DNA from: Setoptus koraiensis
Taxonomy: Eukaryota > Animalia > Arthropoda
DNA length: 64,000 nucleotides
Reading direction: 5' to 3'
Assembly (NCBI GenBank): GCA_048013815.1
Contig: CM106586.1
Location: forward strand, 186,001-250,000
The translations under genes and the position numbers were made by a program. The number at the start of each line of letters is the position of its first letter. Position 1 is the first letter of the stretch. The notes below the pieces were generated by a model. That model was not told where the DNA came from. It did not search any database and was given only the letters and a program-made list of their open reading frames with translations. Below are positions 15,401-27,445 of this stretch, piece by piece.

Positions 15401-16652
15401 CAAAAATATTGGAGATTCATCATTGGAAGAGCCGGCCAAAAGTATTTAGCAATGCAGTGTGGCCATCATGATGATGTTTGTTCCTTTGAGCCACCAAGCC
15501 GATCCGAATCTCAATATAGCGATTCGTGTTCCTACAACAAGCGAAAAAGAATACAATACACAGCTCGCCAGAAATAACAGTTTTCTTTCTGTTCACTTCT
15601 TTCTTTTGGTGCAGCTCGTTGCGTTCCTTTTTGCTCCCACATCATCACACGGCTTGATATCTGAATAGGTGTGTGTGTGTGAGTGTGTATGTTTATAGGA
15701 CATAAGCAAACAAGGGGATACGATTCTGCTACAACACCCAAAACTTTGTTCACTGTCCATGTGTCTCGATAATAAATGGTACGTACAAGCGTGTCTATGT
15801 GTATAGTCTAGATGTGAATACAATAACTTTGATAGTGAGGCCGATTCTCTGATAACCAATTGAACAAAGTCAATTAAAGGTTTTTTGTTAGACAAACAAC
15901 AACAGCAACAGTGTCGTCTCGCTCGAGTTTCACTCTCAAGTCAAACAAAAAAACATGTGCTCTGCACCTTACAAATTTGCTTGTTTCAGCACTAAAGCCG
16001 CAGCAATGCCCGATGCGCTTTCAATCGTGATGTCAGCACTTGTTAGGGTCAGCAGCAACAAGTGTCGACAATTTTTATCTGCTATTCTTTTATTTGTAAG
16101 ATAAAGGCCATGTGTGGTGGTTCATCATGGTATTCTCAAAGTGTGTTGCGCAACTCACAACTATTGAAATATATAAAAACAAGAGATAAACTTTAGAAAT
16201 GAACGCCACAACATATAAGTTGCTATAGTTGTTCATGATGGACGACTATGCAATAAACAGAACCATAACCACAAAATTTGTTTCATGCACAGAATTCACC
16301 ACAAACGAGAACAAGTGCCAAGAGTTGCTCCTTCTTATTTGATTAATAACAACATGATGGTTCATTAGAGCAAATTCATTCCTTTCAGTTAACGTCATTA
16401 TATGTCTATTGCAGCAATCTAATTTCTATTATTTTCACCGAACAAACTTTAGTGGACAATCCCATCATCAATCCACAAACAGTTTTGTTAAAGTTTCTCA
16501 AGAGGGCGCTCAACACATAGAAGCCACTCACAAGGTAGACAAAACACATTGTACTAGTCAATGGTGTGTGTGCTTGTTTCAAAAAAGTTTTTTGCTAACT
16601 TGAAGCGCCACCACCAGTATCTATCTGGAAACACTGTTATGAATAGTTGTTT

Positions 16653-16653
<1 letters not shown>

Positions 16654-16685
<32 letters not shown>
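16654..16685. repeat. (GA)n microsatellite
   Basis: Perfect GA run. Confidence 0.95.
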
Positions 16686-16689
<4 letters not shown>

Positions 16690-17976
16690 AAAACGCTCCA
16701 CTATCCAATGTAACCATAAACATGTTTGTCAGTGTGTACCTATCAGTCGGTGTGTGCAAAAGAAGGAATTCTTTCTTAACTTTTCTTTACTTAACTTTGT
16801 GCTTTTAAAGAGGCATTAGTTCTGAGAGAAGAAGGAGAGGAAAAAATTATTCGCTCCTACAGACAAACAACCAGAATTTTGATCTCTGATACTACTCATT
16901 CTTTACTTTTCGCCTTCAAATTAGTGGCTGATAGTAGTGCCTCTTAATAGTGTTTTCATTCTAGTGCAGTGATCTCAAATGAAAGCCAATCTAGAGCTAG
17001 CCAAAGGAAGCAAAGAAATTAAAAGTGAAGTTAATCATCGATGATTTATAAAATCAAGTGGATAAAATCAAGTGATTAGTTTGGTTAGCTTTGTTGTGGT
17101 GTGGTTAAGTCAGGTTACTAGATCAGTATCAATAATAATTATAATAATCAGAATAATCAACAGATGCCCTGTCGCAGAATAACAATTGAAGTAAAAGGAA
17201 GGAGAAAAGAAAGACCTGACTAGCTTGTTTGCAAGCTGCTACCATTTTATACTACATATAAATTTATATTGGTGAAGCTTACAGCAGCAACAACAACAAC
17301 AACAACAACAGGTGAAACCATATCAACACAAACCGCACAAAACAGCGCACAGCACAACCACAATCGACACCAACAACGCTGGACAGTACAGGGTGTAAAG
17401 ATGTAATTGAAGCACCGCTGTCATGCTTCATATGCTGCACGTTGAAATAAACTTTGCATTAATCAACGTTGCTGTGCATAAATACCACGCACAGACACAC
17501 TATAGGCTCAGCGTAGTAGTTTAGTGAACATAGAACTCCAAGCCACGGACAACCATCGAATCTAAAGAACTATTCTTCTCTTTGTGTGAGAATGTATGTG
17601 TGTGTGTGTGTGTGTGTGTGCGTGTATGCGTGTGCGCTTATTTGAGTTGAATTCAACTATGCGTGTGTGTGTGTGTGTTAGTGTTAGAAGTAATACAATG
17701 GAAACTGTTGTGTCCAGTGATCTCGCAAAGCATCTTTTATATTCACACCGGAGCCTACTGAAGCAATCAGAATCAATTTAAATTATTATTATTTTTATTA
17801 TTATTTATTGAACATTATATTATTTTTATTATCACAATCGAATTAACTCACGAACAAACCTACATTGAGATCTCACGACATCTTAACACAACACATTCTA
17901 AATGAATTCTATATTATTATTCACACATAACTTAAATCAAATAGCAACAAGTATCACCTAATTCCAAGAGGCCATA

Positions 17977-20900
17977 ATGACCAACAACAACAACCAGCAA
18001 GCTCTTCTAACTCAGCAGCAGCAACAACAACAACAGCAACATCTCCAACAACAACTCTATCAAATTCCCCAACAGATTATATCCAATGGAGATCACCAAA
18101 TTGTGGACGGCTTTGGCGAATCTAATCCCGGTTCAGCCTTCAAGCGTTTCTACCCAACTAACGCTCTTCCTGAAAATGGAAATTTAGCAGGCAACTCGTT
18201 AGGATCAAATCGAGCATCATCAACATCTTCAGTTAATAATCACACTTTGAATTATGCTTCATCATCAATTAATGGTATCAATGGAAACAATGGCATCACT
18301 GGAACGTCGTTTAGTTTACACACGCCAAACCCAAATGGTTTGTTGCACTCGATGTCATCTTCAAATGCAACAATAAATGCCACCAACAACAGTCAACAAG
18401 CCATTCTTACTCAACAACAACATCACCATTTGCAACAGCAACAACTATATCAATTGCAACAGCCAAAACAATTTTTATCAAATGGCCATCAAATTGCTGA
18501 CGGTTTTGGTGAATCTTCCAGTGGCTCTGCCTTTAAGCGTTTCTATCCGACTAGTGCGCTTCCTGAAAATGCAAATATGACAGCCAATGCACTAGAATCA
18601 GATAGAGCATCATCGACATCAGTTGCCACCAATCCTGCATTGAATCACGCGTCACCATCAATCAATGGTATTACTGGCAACAATGCCACTTATGGTGCCG
18701 ATAGCACGTACAGCACTTATGGAACCTACGGCACTAATGGAATATACGGCACTAACGGAGCATACAGCGCTAATAGCACCAATGTCAATAAAGTTACTAA
18801 TGGTGCTAATGGGACCTATGGCACCAATGCGACCAATGCTGCTAATGGGACCTACGCCACCAATGGCACCAATGTTGCTAATGGGACCTACGCTACCAAT
18901 GGCACCAATGGAACCTATGGCACACCTTTTAGCTTACATACACCAAACTCAAATGGTTTGTTGCGATCGATGTCATCCTCAAATGCAACAATAAATGGGA
19001 ATCATATTAGCACTAACAATCAACAAGCCATTCTTACTCAGCATCATCTTCAACAACAACAACAACAACCCCAGCAACCCTCTCAACTGAAACAAACACA
19101 TCTGCCAATAACTGCACCAAACAATCAGCAAATATTGGCAAACCCCAAACAACAGCAACTCTATCACCTACAACAACAACCAAAACAATTCATATCAAAT
19201 GGCCATCAAGTCGCAGATGGATTGGGTGAGGCTACCGCTGGTTCCGCCTTTAAGCGTTTCTACCCAACCAGCGCACATCTTGAAAATGCAACAGGTGGTG
19301 CATTAGAATCAAATAGGGCCTCATCAACATCGCTGGCCACTAACCCCGCATTGAATCAAGGGTCACCATCAATTAATAGTGTCAAAAATAGCAGCAATGG
19401 CAGCAATGGCACCAGTAGCACCAATACGACCAATGGGACCAATATAAAGAATGTCAGTGCAAATAGTATTAATGGTACAAATAGTATCAATGGCACAAAT
19501 AGTATCAATGGCACCAACCGTACTAATGGCACCAATACTATCAACGGCACTGACAGCTCGACTGGCATCAACGGGACGTCTTTTAGTTTACACACACCAA
19601 ACTCAAATGGTTTGATGCATTCAATGTCTTCCTCGAACGCAACAATAAATGGAAATCATATTAACAGCAACAATCAACAAGGGACTTATCAAACGACTAC
19701 AGAGATGGCACAAAACGCTTATCTTCTAGGTTGTTTATTTAAACAACAAAATGAACTCTGGTTGGCAATACATCATTTCGAGAAAGCTACCTCATTTGAT
19801 CCAAATTTTCTGGACGCTTATATTAATTTAGGCAATGTGCTGCAAGAGGCACATGTATACGACAAAGCCGCCACTGCCTTCTTGAAAGCTGTCAATATAA
19901 GCCAAAAACAAAACACCAATCTAAGTTCCACCGCATCTCAAATCAAATATTTACCACATCAACCGTCACAATCGAACGTGCCTTCAATCGCCGATTCATC
20001 AAATATTCATCCGACAGGCTCGATCAAATCGAATAAAACATCTGTCAAAAGTCAATCGTCATTGAACAAGAAAGAAAATAATATTGTCAGCGAGTCAAAC
20101 GTCCCTGTTGTTTCAAGTGCCTCTACCATCTCGGAACCTAGTAATAGGTCGCCCATCCTAGAACCGCGAGTTGTTTCATTTCCACGCATGGATAATCATG
20201 AGATTGAATTCTCCGGTGGAAATAAATTGGGCATTTTTATATCGCATATAAAACAAGGAAGTTACGCAAATTCACAAGGAATTGAAGTCGGTGACAAGGT
20301 CCTGAAAATTAACTCACATTTGATGAAAAACCTTACCAAAGAAGAGGCATACGAATGTCTCAATAATAGCAAAGATCAGCTTGTCTCTATGATTGTACAG
20401 TACGACCAAAATGAGACAAGTGCTACAAATCGTCGAGTTATCAATGGAGATAGTTTTTACATCAAGACTCACTTTTCATATGTAGCACAGAGTAAAACTG
20501 AATTATCTTTCAAAAAAGGAGAGATTTTCCATATTGTAGATACCCTTCCGTTCAGTTCGAAAAGCACAAGATTACAATGTTGGCTGGCTATTCGCGAAGG
20601 TTCGAATGCTGATCAAGGCCTCATACCAAACAAAAATAGTGCCGAAAAATTGGCGATGGAACAAAAATCTGAACCACTCGAACAAAATGAACAGAATGAT
20701 AATCAGAGAGTTAGCGAAGGTGGAGTTGGCTTTTTCAAAAAACGCCTCGCCAGAAGAACTAAATCTTTATGCAGAGATCATTCTGATAATGTGGTCTTTG
20801 AAATTGGATCTTGCAAATTCCCAGCCTATGAAAGGGTCACACTCAAGCATCCCGGGTTCACTAGGCCGGTTGTGATATTAGGTCCGTTAGCTGACATCGC

Positions 20901-21915
20901 GAGGGATAAGCTTCTCAAAGACTATCCAGAGAAATACTCTTATCCTACGGGATTCCATAAGCAAAACGCTAATGATGGCTCAACAACTGTTAGAAATATA
21001 GTTAGACTCAAGTCCATTAGTGACGTGACGGACCAGGGCAAACATGCTTTGTTAGACATGACACCAGCAGCGATTGAAAAACTGAACTTTATTCATCTCT
21101 ATCCCATAGTTATTTTCATGAAAGCTGAGACTAAGTCAATAGTTAAAGAATTCAGAACCAGGGGGGCAGAATCTTTGGATCCGAACGCGAAAGACGAAGA
21201 CACCTTGCGAAGAGTTGGACAGTCCAGCAAAAAGCTTCTGGAACAATCGATGAAGATAGAAAAACTTTGGTCTCATCTTTTCACTGCAACCATGAAACTT
21301 TCGACCATGGGAAGTGAAGTATGGTATAGAAAACTGAGAGAGACAATAGAAAATCAACAATCTGCCAATGTATGGATATCTGAACACAAAGTGGATAAAA
21401 AAGGTTCATCTAACAATGTGAATGAATTTTTGTTTCCATTATCGGCTCCCCCAACTTCATTTTTAGGGGATGAACAGATCGCCAACGATGATATCATTCC
21501 AAAAAATTCTTTTCAGAATGTGAGGACTTCATCAGCTGCACAGGCTCGTTCATTACATAATAGAAATAATTACTCTTCACATAGCATGGCACAAAAGTTG
21601 GCCAAAGCATCAAGCGAACCCAAATTGAATGCTGCAGAACATCTCAACAATGACGACGATGATGAGGACGATGATGACATTATCAAGAAACCGTTTCCAC
21701 TCTATGATGAGTCAAGCAGCGCTGAGTCACTATCCCCGTCACCACAACCGGATTATATTCCAACCCAATATCCGATCGTGCCCCCTAGAGTTCCTAAAGG
21801 TGCATCAACATCTAACTATAGTAATCCAAGTAACCATCACGATTTATACGTTAAATCTTATTCGGATAACAAGTTCCGAAGTGAATATATCAATCAGTGG
21901 TACTGTTGGGATTAA
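17977..21915 (+). CDS. Chimeric ZO-1/polychaetoid-like MAGUK (PDZ3-SH3-GuK) with two OGT-like TPRs and a triplicated Q/N/S/T-rich N-terminus, 1312 aa, single ORF
   Basis: PDZ at ~20161-20403 (EPRVVSF...GGNKLGIFI...GDKVLKIN...LTKEEAY...MIVQY). SH3 at ~20446-20660 ([12 protein letters not shown]...[15 protein letters not shown]...[13 protein letters not shown]). GuK at ~20815-21390 ([33 protein letters not shown]...[21 protein letters not shown]). All three match ZO-1/pyd. TPRs at 19705-19900 ([10 protein letters not shown]...[15 protein letters not shown]) match OGT. PDZ1, PDZ2 and ZU5 are not seen. Confidence 0.9.
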   Translation: MTNNNNQQALLTQQQQQQQQQHLQQQLYQIPQQIISNGDHQIVDGFGESNPGSAFKRFYPTNALPENGNLAGNSLGSNRASSTSSVNNHTLNYASSSINGINGNNGITGTSFSLHTPNPNGLLHSMSSSNATINATNNSQQAILTQQQHHHLQQQQLYQLQQPKQFLSNGHQIADGFGESSSGSAFKRFYPTSALPENANMTANALESDRASSTSVATNPALNHASPSINGITGNNATYGADSTYSTYGTYGTNGIYGTNGAYSANSTNVNKVTNGANGTYGTNATNAANGTYATNGTNVANGTYATNGTNGTYGTPFSLHTPNSNGLLRSMSSSNATINGNHISTNNQQAILTQHHLQQQQQQPQQPSQLKQTHLPITAPNNQQILANPKQQQLYHLQQQPKQFISNGHQVADGLGEATAGSAFKRFYPTSAHLENATGGALESNRASSTSLATNPALNQGSPSINSVKNSSNGSNGTSSTNTTNGTNIKNVSANSINGTNSINGTNSINGTNRTNGTNTINGTDSSTGINGTSFSLHTPNSNGLMHSMSSSNATINGNHINSNNQQGTYQTTTEMAQNAYLLGCLFKQQNELWLAIHHFEKATSFDPNFLDAYINLGNVLQEAHVYDKAATAFLKAVNISQKQNTNLSSTASQIKYLPHQPSQSNVPSIADSSNIHPTGSIKSNKTSVKSQSSLNKKENNIVSESNVPVVSSASTISEPSNRSPILEPRVVSFPRMDNHEIEFSGGNKLGIFISHIKQGSYANSQGIEVGDKVLKINSHLMKNLTKEEAYECLNNSKDQLVSMIVQYDQNETSATNRRVINGDSFYIKTHFSYVAQSKTELSFKKGEIFHIVDTLPFSSKSTRLQCWLAIREGSNADQGLIPNKNSAEKLAMEQKSEPLEQNEQNDNQRVSEGGVGFFKKRLARRTKSLCRDHSDNVVFEIGSCKFPAYERVTLKHPGFTRPVVILGPLADIARDKLLKDYPEKYSYPTGFHKQNANDGSTTVRNIVRLKSISDVTDQGKHALLDMTPAAIEKLNFIHLYPIVIFMKAETKSIVKEFRTRGAESLDPNAKDEDTLRRVGQSSKKLLEQSMKIEKLWSHLFTATMKLSTMGSEVWYRKLRETIENQQSANVWISEHKVDKKGSSNNVNEFLFPLSAPPTSFLGDEQIANDDIIPKNSFQNVRTSSAAQARSLHNRNNYSSHSMAQKLAKASSEPKLNAAEHLNNDDDDEDDDDIIKKPFPLYDESSSAESLSPSPQPDYIPTQYPIVPPRVPKGASTSNYSNPSNHHDLYVKSYSDNKFRSEYINQWYCWD
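18061..19650 (+). repeat. Three diverged in-frame tandem copies of a coding module (GSAFKRFYP...RASSTS...FSLHTPN...[10 protein letters not shown])
   Basis: GSAFKRFYP starts at 18130, 18523 and 19240. Each copy ends in [23 protein letters not shown]. Spacer length varies between copies. Confidence 0.93.
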
Positions 21916-22457
21916 AAATACACATTCTAACTGAAAACCTACATGATTGAATTTAATCGGTTCTCTTTTGTAGAGCAAATAATGGTTTCATTAAATGATG
22001 CTATCGAGTATATAAAATAAGTTTCTCTTGAATAATTATCTTAGGTATACATTGGCGGCATACAATGGAATCCAGAGTAAACACCCCAATTAGTTGAGAT
22101 CACTGTACTTACTCACTCCACTGACTTACTTGTTTCCATTTCTAGGAGAAAAATTGTCTCTTTTCGTCAATTCATTCAAAAATAAGGTTCGCAAAAGTGT
22201 GAACTATTTTGCAGGAAATCAGAGTGATCCGTGAGTTCGGTGACCGTATCGAGTGAACGTTCATTGCGATTGTTTTTTGTTGCACAAAATAGCGCGCTCA
22301 TCTTGAAGCGAGCCACGTTGTGGCAATAATTTCATGAGTATATCGGAGGATACCAAAAAATAAGGCTTTAGATGGGACATTTTCCATGCCATTCTTATGG
22401 AACTTCAAGATGGATGAGCGAACGAGATTTCTTTCTTGGAACCCCGCAGGTCTTTCG

Positions 22458-23114
22458 TCAGATATTTAGTAAGTTTTTTTCAATATCATGTCGTATTCTT
22501 TCCGCTTTCATTCTACGCGCGTGAGCTAATTTTCTTTCCTCGATATATTTCGGAATGAATTCATCATATTGTAGCTGCTGCTTGTATAGTTTTTCCAGTA
22601 ACTTTTCGCTGTTTGCGTCAGCCGCTAAACTAGCTTCTTGAAGTTTTTTATAAGCATCATCCAAGGGCTTCATACATATTGATTTGACTTGTTCAATATC
22701 CTTTTGAAGATTCTCGAGACATTTACTCAAATCAACTCTGCATTTTACAATAGACGGTTCTCTTGCCCAATTGTTCAATGCACATTCTTTCGTTGATTTC
22801 AATAAGCTATCACGTTCTTTTTCCAGCCGTTGTACCTCAGGCAATGTGCTAATGATTTCATCAATACGGGAATAATCTTCACCGTCTGAGGCTAGTGATT
22901 CTAAATCGTCAACATTGATATGTTTGAGTAATAATTTATACTGTTTCCTCAGGTACTTGTCATCTGTCAAATTGTTGCTGTTTGACGTTTCGTGTTTGTG
23001 GTTCCACTTCATTGTGATTAAATTTTGTTGATCGATACACACAATATCGATAATTGATGTTTTCCAGTCGAAAATTTCAATAATATTCCAGTTTATATGT
23101 TTTTCGCAGCTCAT
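22458..23114 (-). CDS. VPS37: ESCRT-I subunit VPS37 (Mod(r) domain); the start may be the Met at 23012
   Basis: C-terminal SEKLLEKLYKQQLQYDEFIPKYIEERKLAHARRMKAERI matches the VPS37 pattern FIxxYxxxRKLAHxRRxKxEK. Coiled-coil character. Intronless. Confidence 0.75.
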   Translation of the reverse strand: MSCEKHINWNIIEIFDWKTSIIDIVCIDQQNLITMKWNHKHETSNSNNLTDDKYLRKQYKLLLKHINVDDLESLASDGEDYSRIDEIISTLPEVQRLEKERDSLLKSTKECALNNWAREPSIVKCRVDLSKCLENLQKDIEQVKSICMKPLDDAYKKLQEASLAADANSEKLLEKLYKQQLQYDEFIPKYIEERKLAHARRMKAERIRHDIEKNLLNI

Positions 23115-23475
23115 GTGACATATGAGTTTGTTAATCTGAAGAGATAATAATCAAAGTCAAACAAACGGCAAAAGAAGAAGAGAAAAATGTTCACTAGGTT
23201 ATGTTGACGCCACAGAGGTGGGTGTGGCAGATGGTAACCAATGTCAACGATAATTCCTCATGTCAGGCCAGTGTACTGTCTGCGGTAGCTACCAGTCAGT
23301 TGTTGTCTTTTGTTGTTTTGTTATTGCTCATCATTACTATTATAATATCCTGAGTACCATTAAATTGTTAATTAAAAATATTCTAAATATATGATATTTA
23401 CTTTTTTTTAGATTATATATTCAATCGATTTGAAGAAACTTTTTTGCATTCTGATAAACATAAAAAACACTTGTT

Positions 23476-24501
23476 ATGGATACACCAACTACCACAACCA
23501 AACAGGAAGCGCTCCAATCTGAAAATGATCGAACATATACAGATTCTAACGGGAATAAAATCTATGGATCAGTAGTGAGCCAAAACGAAGAGGTGGCAAG
23601 TTTGCTCAAATATTTTAGTTTAGATATTGCTCATATGAGATCATTCATTGAGAAAGTGAAATATCGTTGCTCCAAATTACAGCCAGATGAGGAATTGGAA
23701 CTATTAAAACTAACTGTACAATGTATCGATTTAACAACGCTGTCTGGTGACGATACAGCAACAAATGTTGAGAGATTATGTCTGAGAGCAAAAAAGCCAC
23801 TAAATGAAGATGATATCTGTTGTGCGGCCGTTTGTGTTTATCCTGCAAGAGCAACCGATTGTAGACGAACATTCGAGAGGATCGGTGCTAGTTCAAATAT
23901 CAAGACGGCCTGCGTGGCCACTGGTTTTCCATCTGGGCAATACGGATTGAAAACAAGACTTCTAGAGATCAGATATGCCATCGAAAGTGGAGCCAATGAG
24001 ATCGATGTTGTTATAAACAGAACAGCCGCCTTAATGCACGATTGGGTAACAGTATATTCAGAGATTTGTCAAATGAAAGCAGCCTGCCTCGAATACAAGC
24101 AGGAAAATTTAGATGTTCACTTGAAAGTGATCATAGGTGCGGGTGATTTATTAACTAGTACTCCTCGAACTATATACATGGCTAGTCTGATTGCAATAAT
24201 AGCAGGTGCTGACTTTATTAAGACTTCTACCGGCAAGGAAGGGGTCAATGCCACTCTTCCAATAGGTTACATAATGATGCGCTGTATCCTTGATTACTAT
24301 TTGGCGACAGGACTCTATGTGGGATTTAAGCCCGCAGGAGGCATTAGAACGCATAAAGATGCTCTTCACTGGCTGATTATGCTCAAAATGATGCTTGGAC
24401 AAGAATGGCTAAACCCACATTTGTTTAGATTTGGTGCAAGTGGTCTCTTAGATGATGTCGGTAAGCGCATACAAGTCTTGACTGGAAAACAACATGATTA
24501 A
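23476..24501 (+). CDS. DERA: Deoxyribose-phosphate aldolase
   Basis: CIDLTTLSGDDT, AAVCVYP, GANEIDVVI, DFIKTSTGKE, GFKPAGGIRT, FRFGASGLLDD. Intronless, 341 aa. Confidence 0.97.
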   Translation: MDTPTTTTKQEALQSENDRTYTDSNGNKIYGSVVSQNEEVASLLKYFSLDIAHMRSFIEKVKYRCSKLQPDEELELLKLTVQCIDLTTLSGDDTATNVERLCLRAKKPLNEDDICCAAVCVYPARATDCRRTFERIGASSNIKTACVATGFPSGQYGLKTRLLEIRYAIESGANEIDVVINRTAALMHDWVTVYSEICQMKAACLEYKQENLDVHLKVIIGAGDLLTSTPRTIYMASLIAIIAGADFIKTSTGKEGVNATLPIGYIMMRCILDYYLATGLYVGFKPAGGIRTHKDALHWLIMLKMMLGQEWLNPHLFRFGASGLLDDVGKRIQVLTGKQHD

Positions 24502-24601
24502 ATTTTATATAAGTCCTCGTAGTCAATATCGTTATAAATATAGTCCTGTTTAATATTCATATGAAGAACAGAAGTAATAAAGCGTAGATTAGAGTCCGTA
24601 A

Positions 24602-25210
24602 TCATGTGTACATCATCTCTGCAGCCAATGACATTTTCTTGGGCAAATGCAATCCCTCTTCAAAGTAGGCCGCCAGCTCCTCTGCAGAAACGTCTAATGA
24701 GTCATCGTATCTTCTATCACCATCCTCTACAACTGTGTCTTCTTTAAAATTAAAATCAGACCTTACTGTCTTGGAACCTTTCCTATAATTGTTAGATGTT
24801 GTCTCATAATAAAAATCCTGACGACTAGCGAATTTTGTTTTCCCTGGACACCGATGCTGATTTTTTGGATCTATCACGAGCTCATCCATCCTTTCTCTAA
24901 GATCAGTGAAGCTGGATGCAGCATGTTTTGGTGAGGTCATTTTAGGATTGATAGGACTTATAGTTTTAACAGTTTCATGTCTTGTATTGTAAGTTTCTAA
25001 TGCTGGCTTAGCCAAACTGAAGGAAGTAGATGGTTCGCTGTGATGTTCCAGTCTATCGTTTATAATATCACCTTTGAAACTAAGTTGCTTTAATGACGAT
25101 GAGACCTCATTAAGTGCTCGGATTGCATGATCCTCAGATGTCTGCTTGTCTTTAACCTTGGTTATGTCTCCAAATAATAACGATTGTGTCTGACTTGTTG
25201 TTATAACCAT
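24602..25210 (-). CDS. OSER1: Oxidative stress-responsive serine-rich protein 1 (C20orf111/DUF776)-like
   Basis: C-terminus DVSAEELAAYFEEGLHLPKKMSLAAEMMYT* matches the conserved OSER1 end (PKKMSxMAEMMYT). Confidence 0.85.
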   Translation of the reverse strand: MVITTSQTQSLLFGDITKVKDKQTSEDHAIRALNEVSSSLKQLSFKGDIINDRLEHHSEPSTSFSLAKPALETYNTRHETVKTISPINPKMTSPKHAASSFTDLRERMDELVIDPKNQHRCPGKTKFASRQDFYYETTSNNYRKGSKTVRSDFNFKEDTVVEDGDRRYDDSLDVSAEELAAYFEEGLHLPKKMSLAAEMMYT

Positions 25211-27445
25211 TTTGAAAGTTAGACAAAGTGATGAATGAATATCCTCGAGAACTAACCTAATTTAGTATTCATAAACAGACACTCAAAATACAATAGAAAT
25301 CTCAATTGGATTGTATTTTAGTTGAATATTTAAGGATAACGTAGTTGGTGAGATTTTCTAGATAAATCTTTACTTGATTCCATCATGTTCGTCGTTTGTA
25401 CTTATATATTTGTACAACAGTGTTAATGCTATCTCAATTCTCTGAACTAATTCTTCAAGTTGAAGCGCGCAATTTGAATTGTGCAAAACCATTTCATCAT
25501 CGTCCAGTCGGATGATGCAACTTTTTACAAACGATAGCACCTAGCTTAGGTGATTAATTAACCTAACCGCCCTACAGAGTATGTCTATGAATAAACTCTC
25601 ACAGAACTTCCCAAGTTTGTTATTTCTGGCTAGATATGACAACCTCGGAAGTAGAGATAATTTGGGCTTCATCAGCCGGAATCAACCCATGACTATTGAT
25701 GAAGTAGCGCAAGCTCCCTAGTCAGAAACTGACATTGAATGTCTGCTAATCAGTAGATCCATAAATCCATTTAATCTTTTCACTTGACCTGGTGTGCGGA
25801 TATGACGGACAGAAGTGGAGTCATTGTCTCCTGCCTTAATGAACAAAGGAACACTCAGATGGGACAAAGTTCATTCCAGCATCTCCAAGGGTCCATTCTA
25901 ACATAAATACACACATGACTCCTAGTAGTAGAATGAAATGAATATTTTTATAAAAGTTTTATAATAAAACCAAGTTTGCTATCTAGTACTCGATAAGGGA
26001 TCACAGAACAAATTGTTTGAGTGATTAACAATTAGTATCCTGCAAGAGAGTTCAGGGTGTTCATTATATATGATCACCGAGGCAATGAATTCTTTTTTTA
26101 TTCGAACAAGCTGAATATCTTCCGTTTCACATTTCGTACATGAAACTAGGCCCTCAAACACTGTATCAGGTCGTTGGGTTTTCGGTGCTTGTCCCTATTA
26201 GAGATTGTTATATGAGGTAACCAGTGATTTGCTCCAATTTCAACTTTCAACACTGCTCTGAGATCTCTTGAGAGGTCAGACAAAACTCACTATAACCAAC
26301 TATTCTTCATTCAACTATTGAAAATTTCAAGTTTATTAGATTATTTTCTATAATTGACCTAACGAAAGTGACAATCAGTTAAACCGGTTGGCGATTAGAA
26401 CTTCATAATACATCGGAAGTATATTCATCTAAGCTTGAGTATTGATTAGTTTTAAATTGTTGAACAAGTTAGAAATTCAAATAGACATAACTTGGCTATT
26501 ATCGATACACACAAACTCATGATCATACGACTAGATTTTAAAAAAGTAACCACTTCTCATAGGAATTGAATTGGTTAATTTAAAAAGCTTAATTATTTGC
26601 ATGTATAACAAGAGGAAGGAGTTACTACAATCTATTGTGATTGATACATTTGTTACATGAATATAATTGACATTATGTCACAATATTACGCAAGAAAGTT
26701 GCAAACTCGAAAGAGTTTCTATGTATATGAACTCAATGCAGCCCATTCGTTTGCTTACATTGTTCAACTATCTCGACTGTTATCCGTTACTCTCCGTGAA
26801 CATCTAGCTTTATCAGATATCGTCAGTCTCCGATAGGGCGATGTTGTTTTGTTGTGAGGAAAAGAAAACAAGAAAACTGGCTTTGTTGGTAACTTGACAC
26901 TTCTAATGGTTCCATCATTGACTATATACTTGGCAAGCTTAACTATATACTTTTGACTATGCAATGCCTACGACTTACTAATACATTTTTTTTACGACAA
27001 ACTTGTTGACAATTATCAGATGCTTGTTGCACACGCATTGCAAGCGACTTCTTCAAGCAGACTTGTTTAACTTATGAGCTAATGGGATTTCAGGACCGGA
27101 ACAAACTAATCATAATATTGTCATGAGGACTACATATACAGTCTCAACCGTTTGCAGAAAACAAAGATAACGGGATGGATAATTTTTGGTTTGGTGTAAT
27201 AAGCAACTAAACATTAGGCCACACCTCAATGCAAAGTTATCCATAGTGGCCGAGAGATAATCATGTAAAGTTTTATGGCTAGAATAAATAGCCAGTAGAG
27301 TTATGGATACTCGCACAGTCCACAAGTTTCTCATCAACAAAGCATATCGCAACAGTGAATAGAAAACCAAACAGCATATATCTATCGAACAGGTACTAAC
27401 TTATACCGAGAAAGTATTCGAGTTATCAGTATTAAGAGAAAGAAA

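Noticed and set aside
18665-18994. Alternative-frame ORF inside the MAGUK repeats
   Set aside because: It is a by-product of the NGT-type repeats. Synonymous-change patterns in the flanking modules support the long frame.
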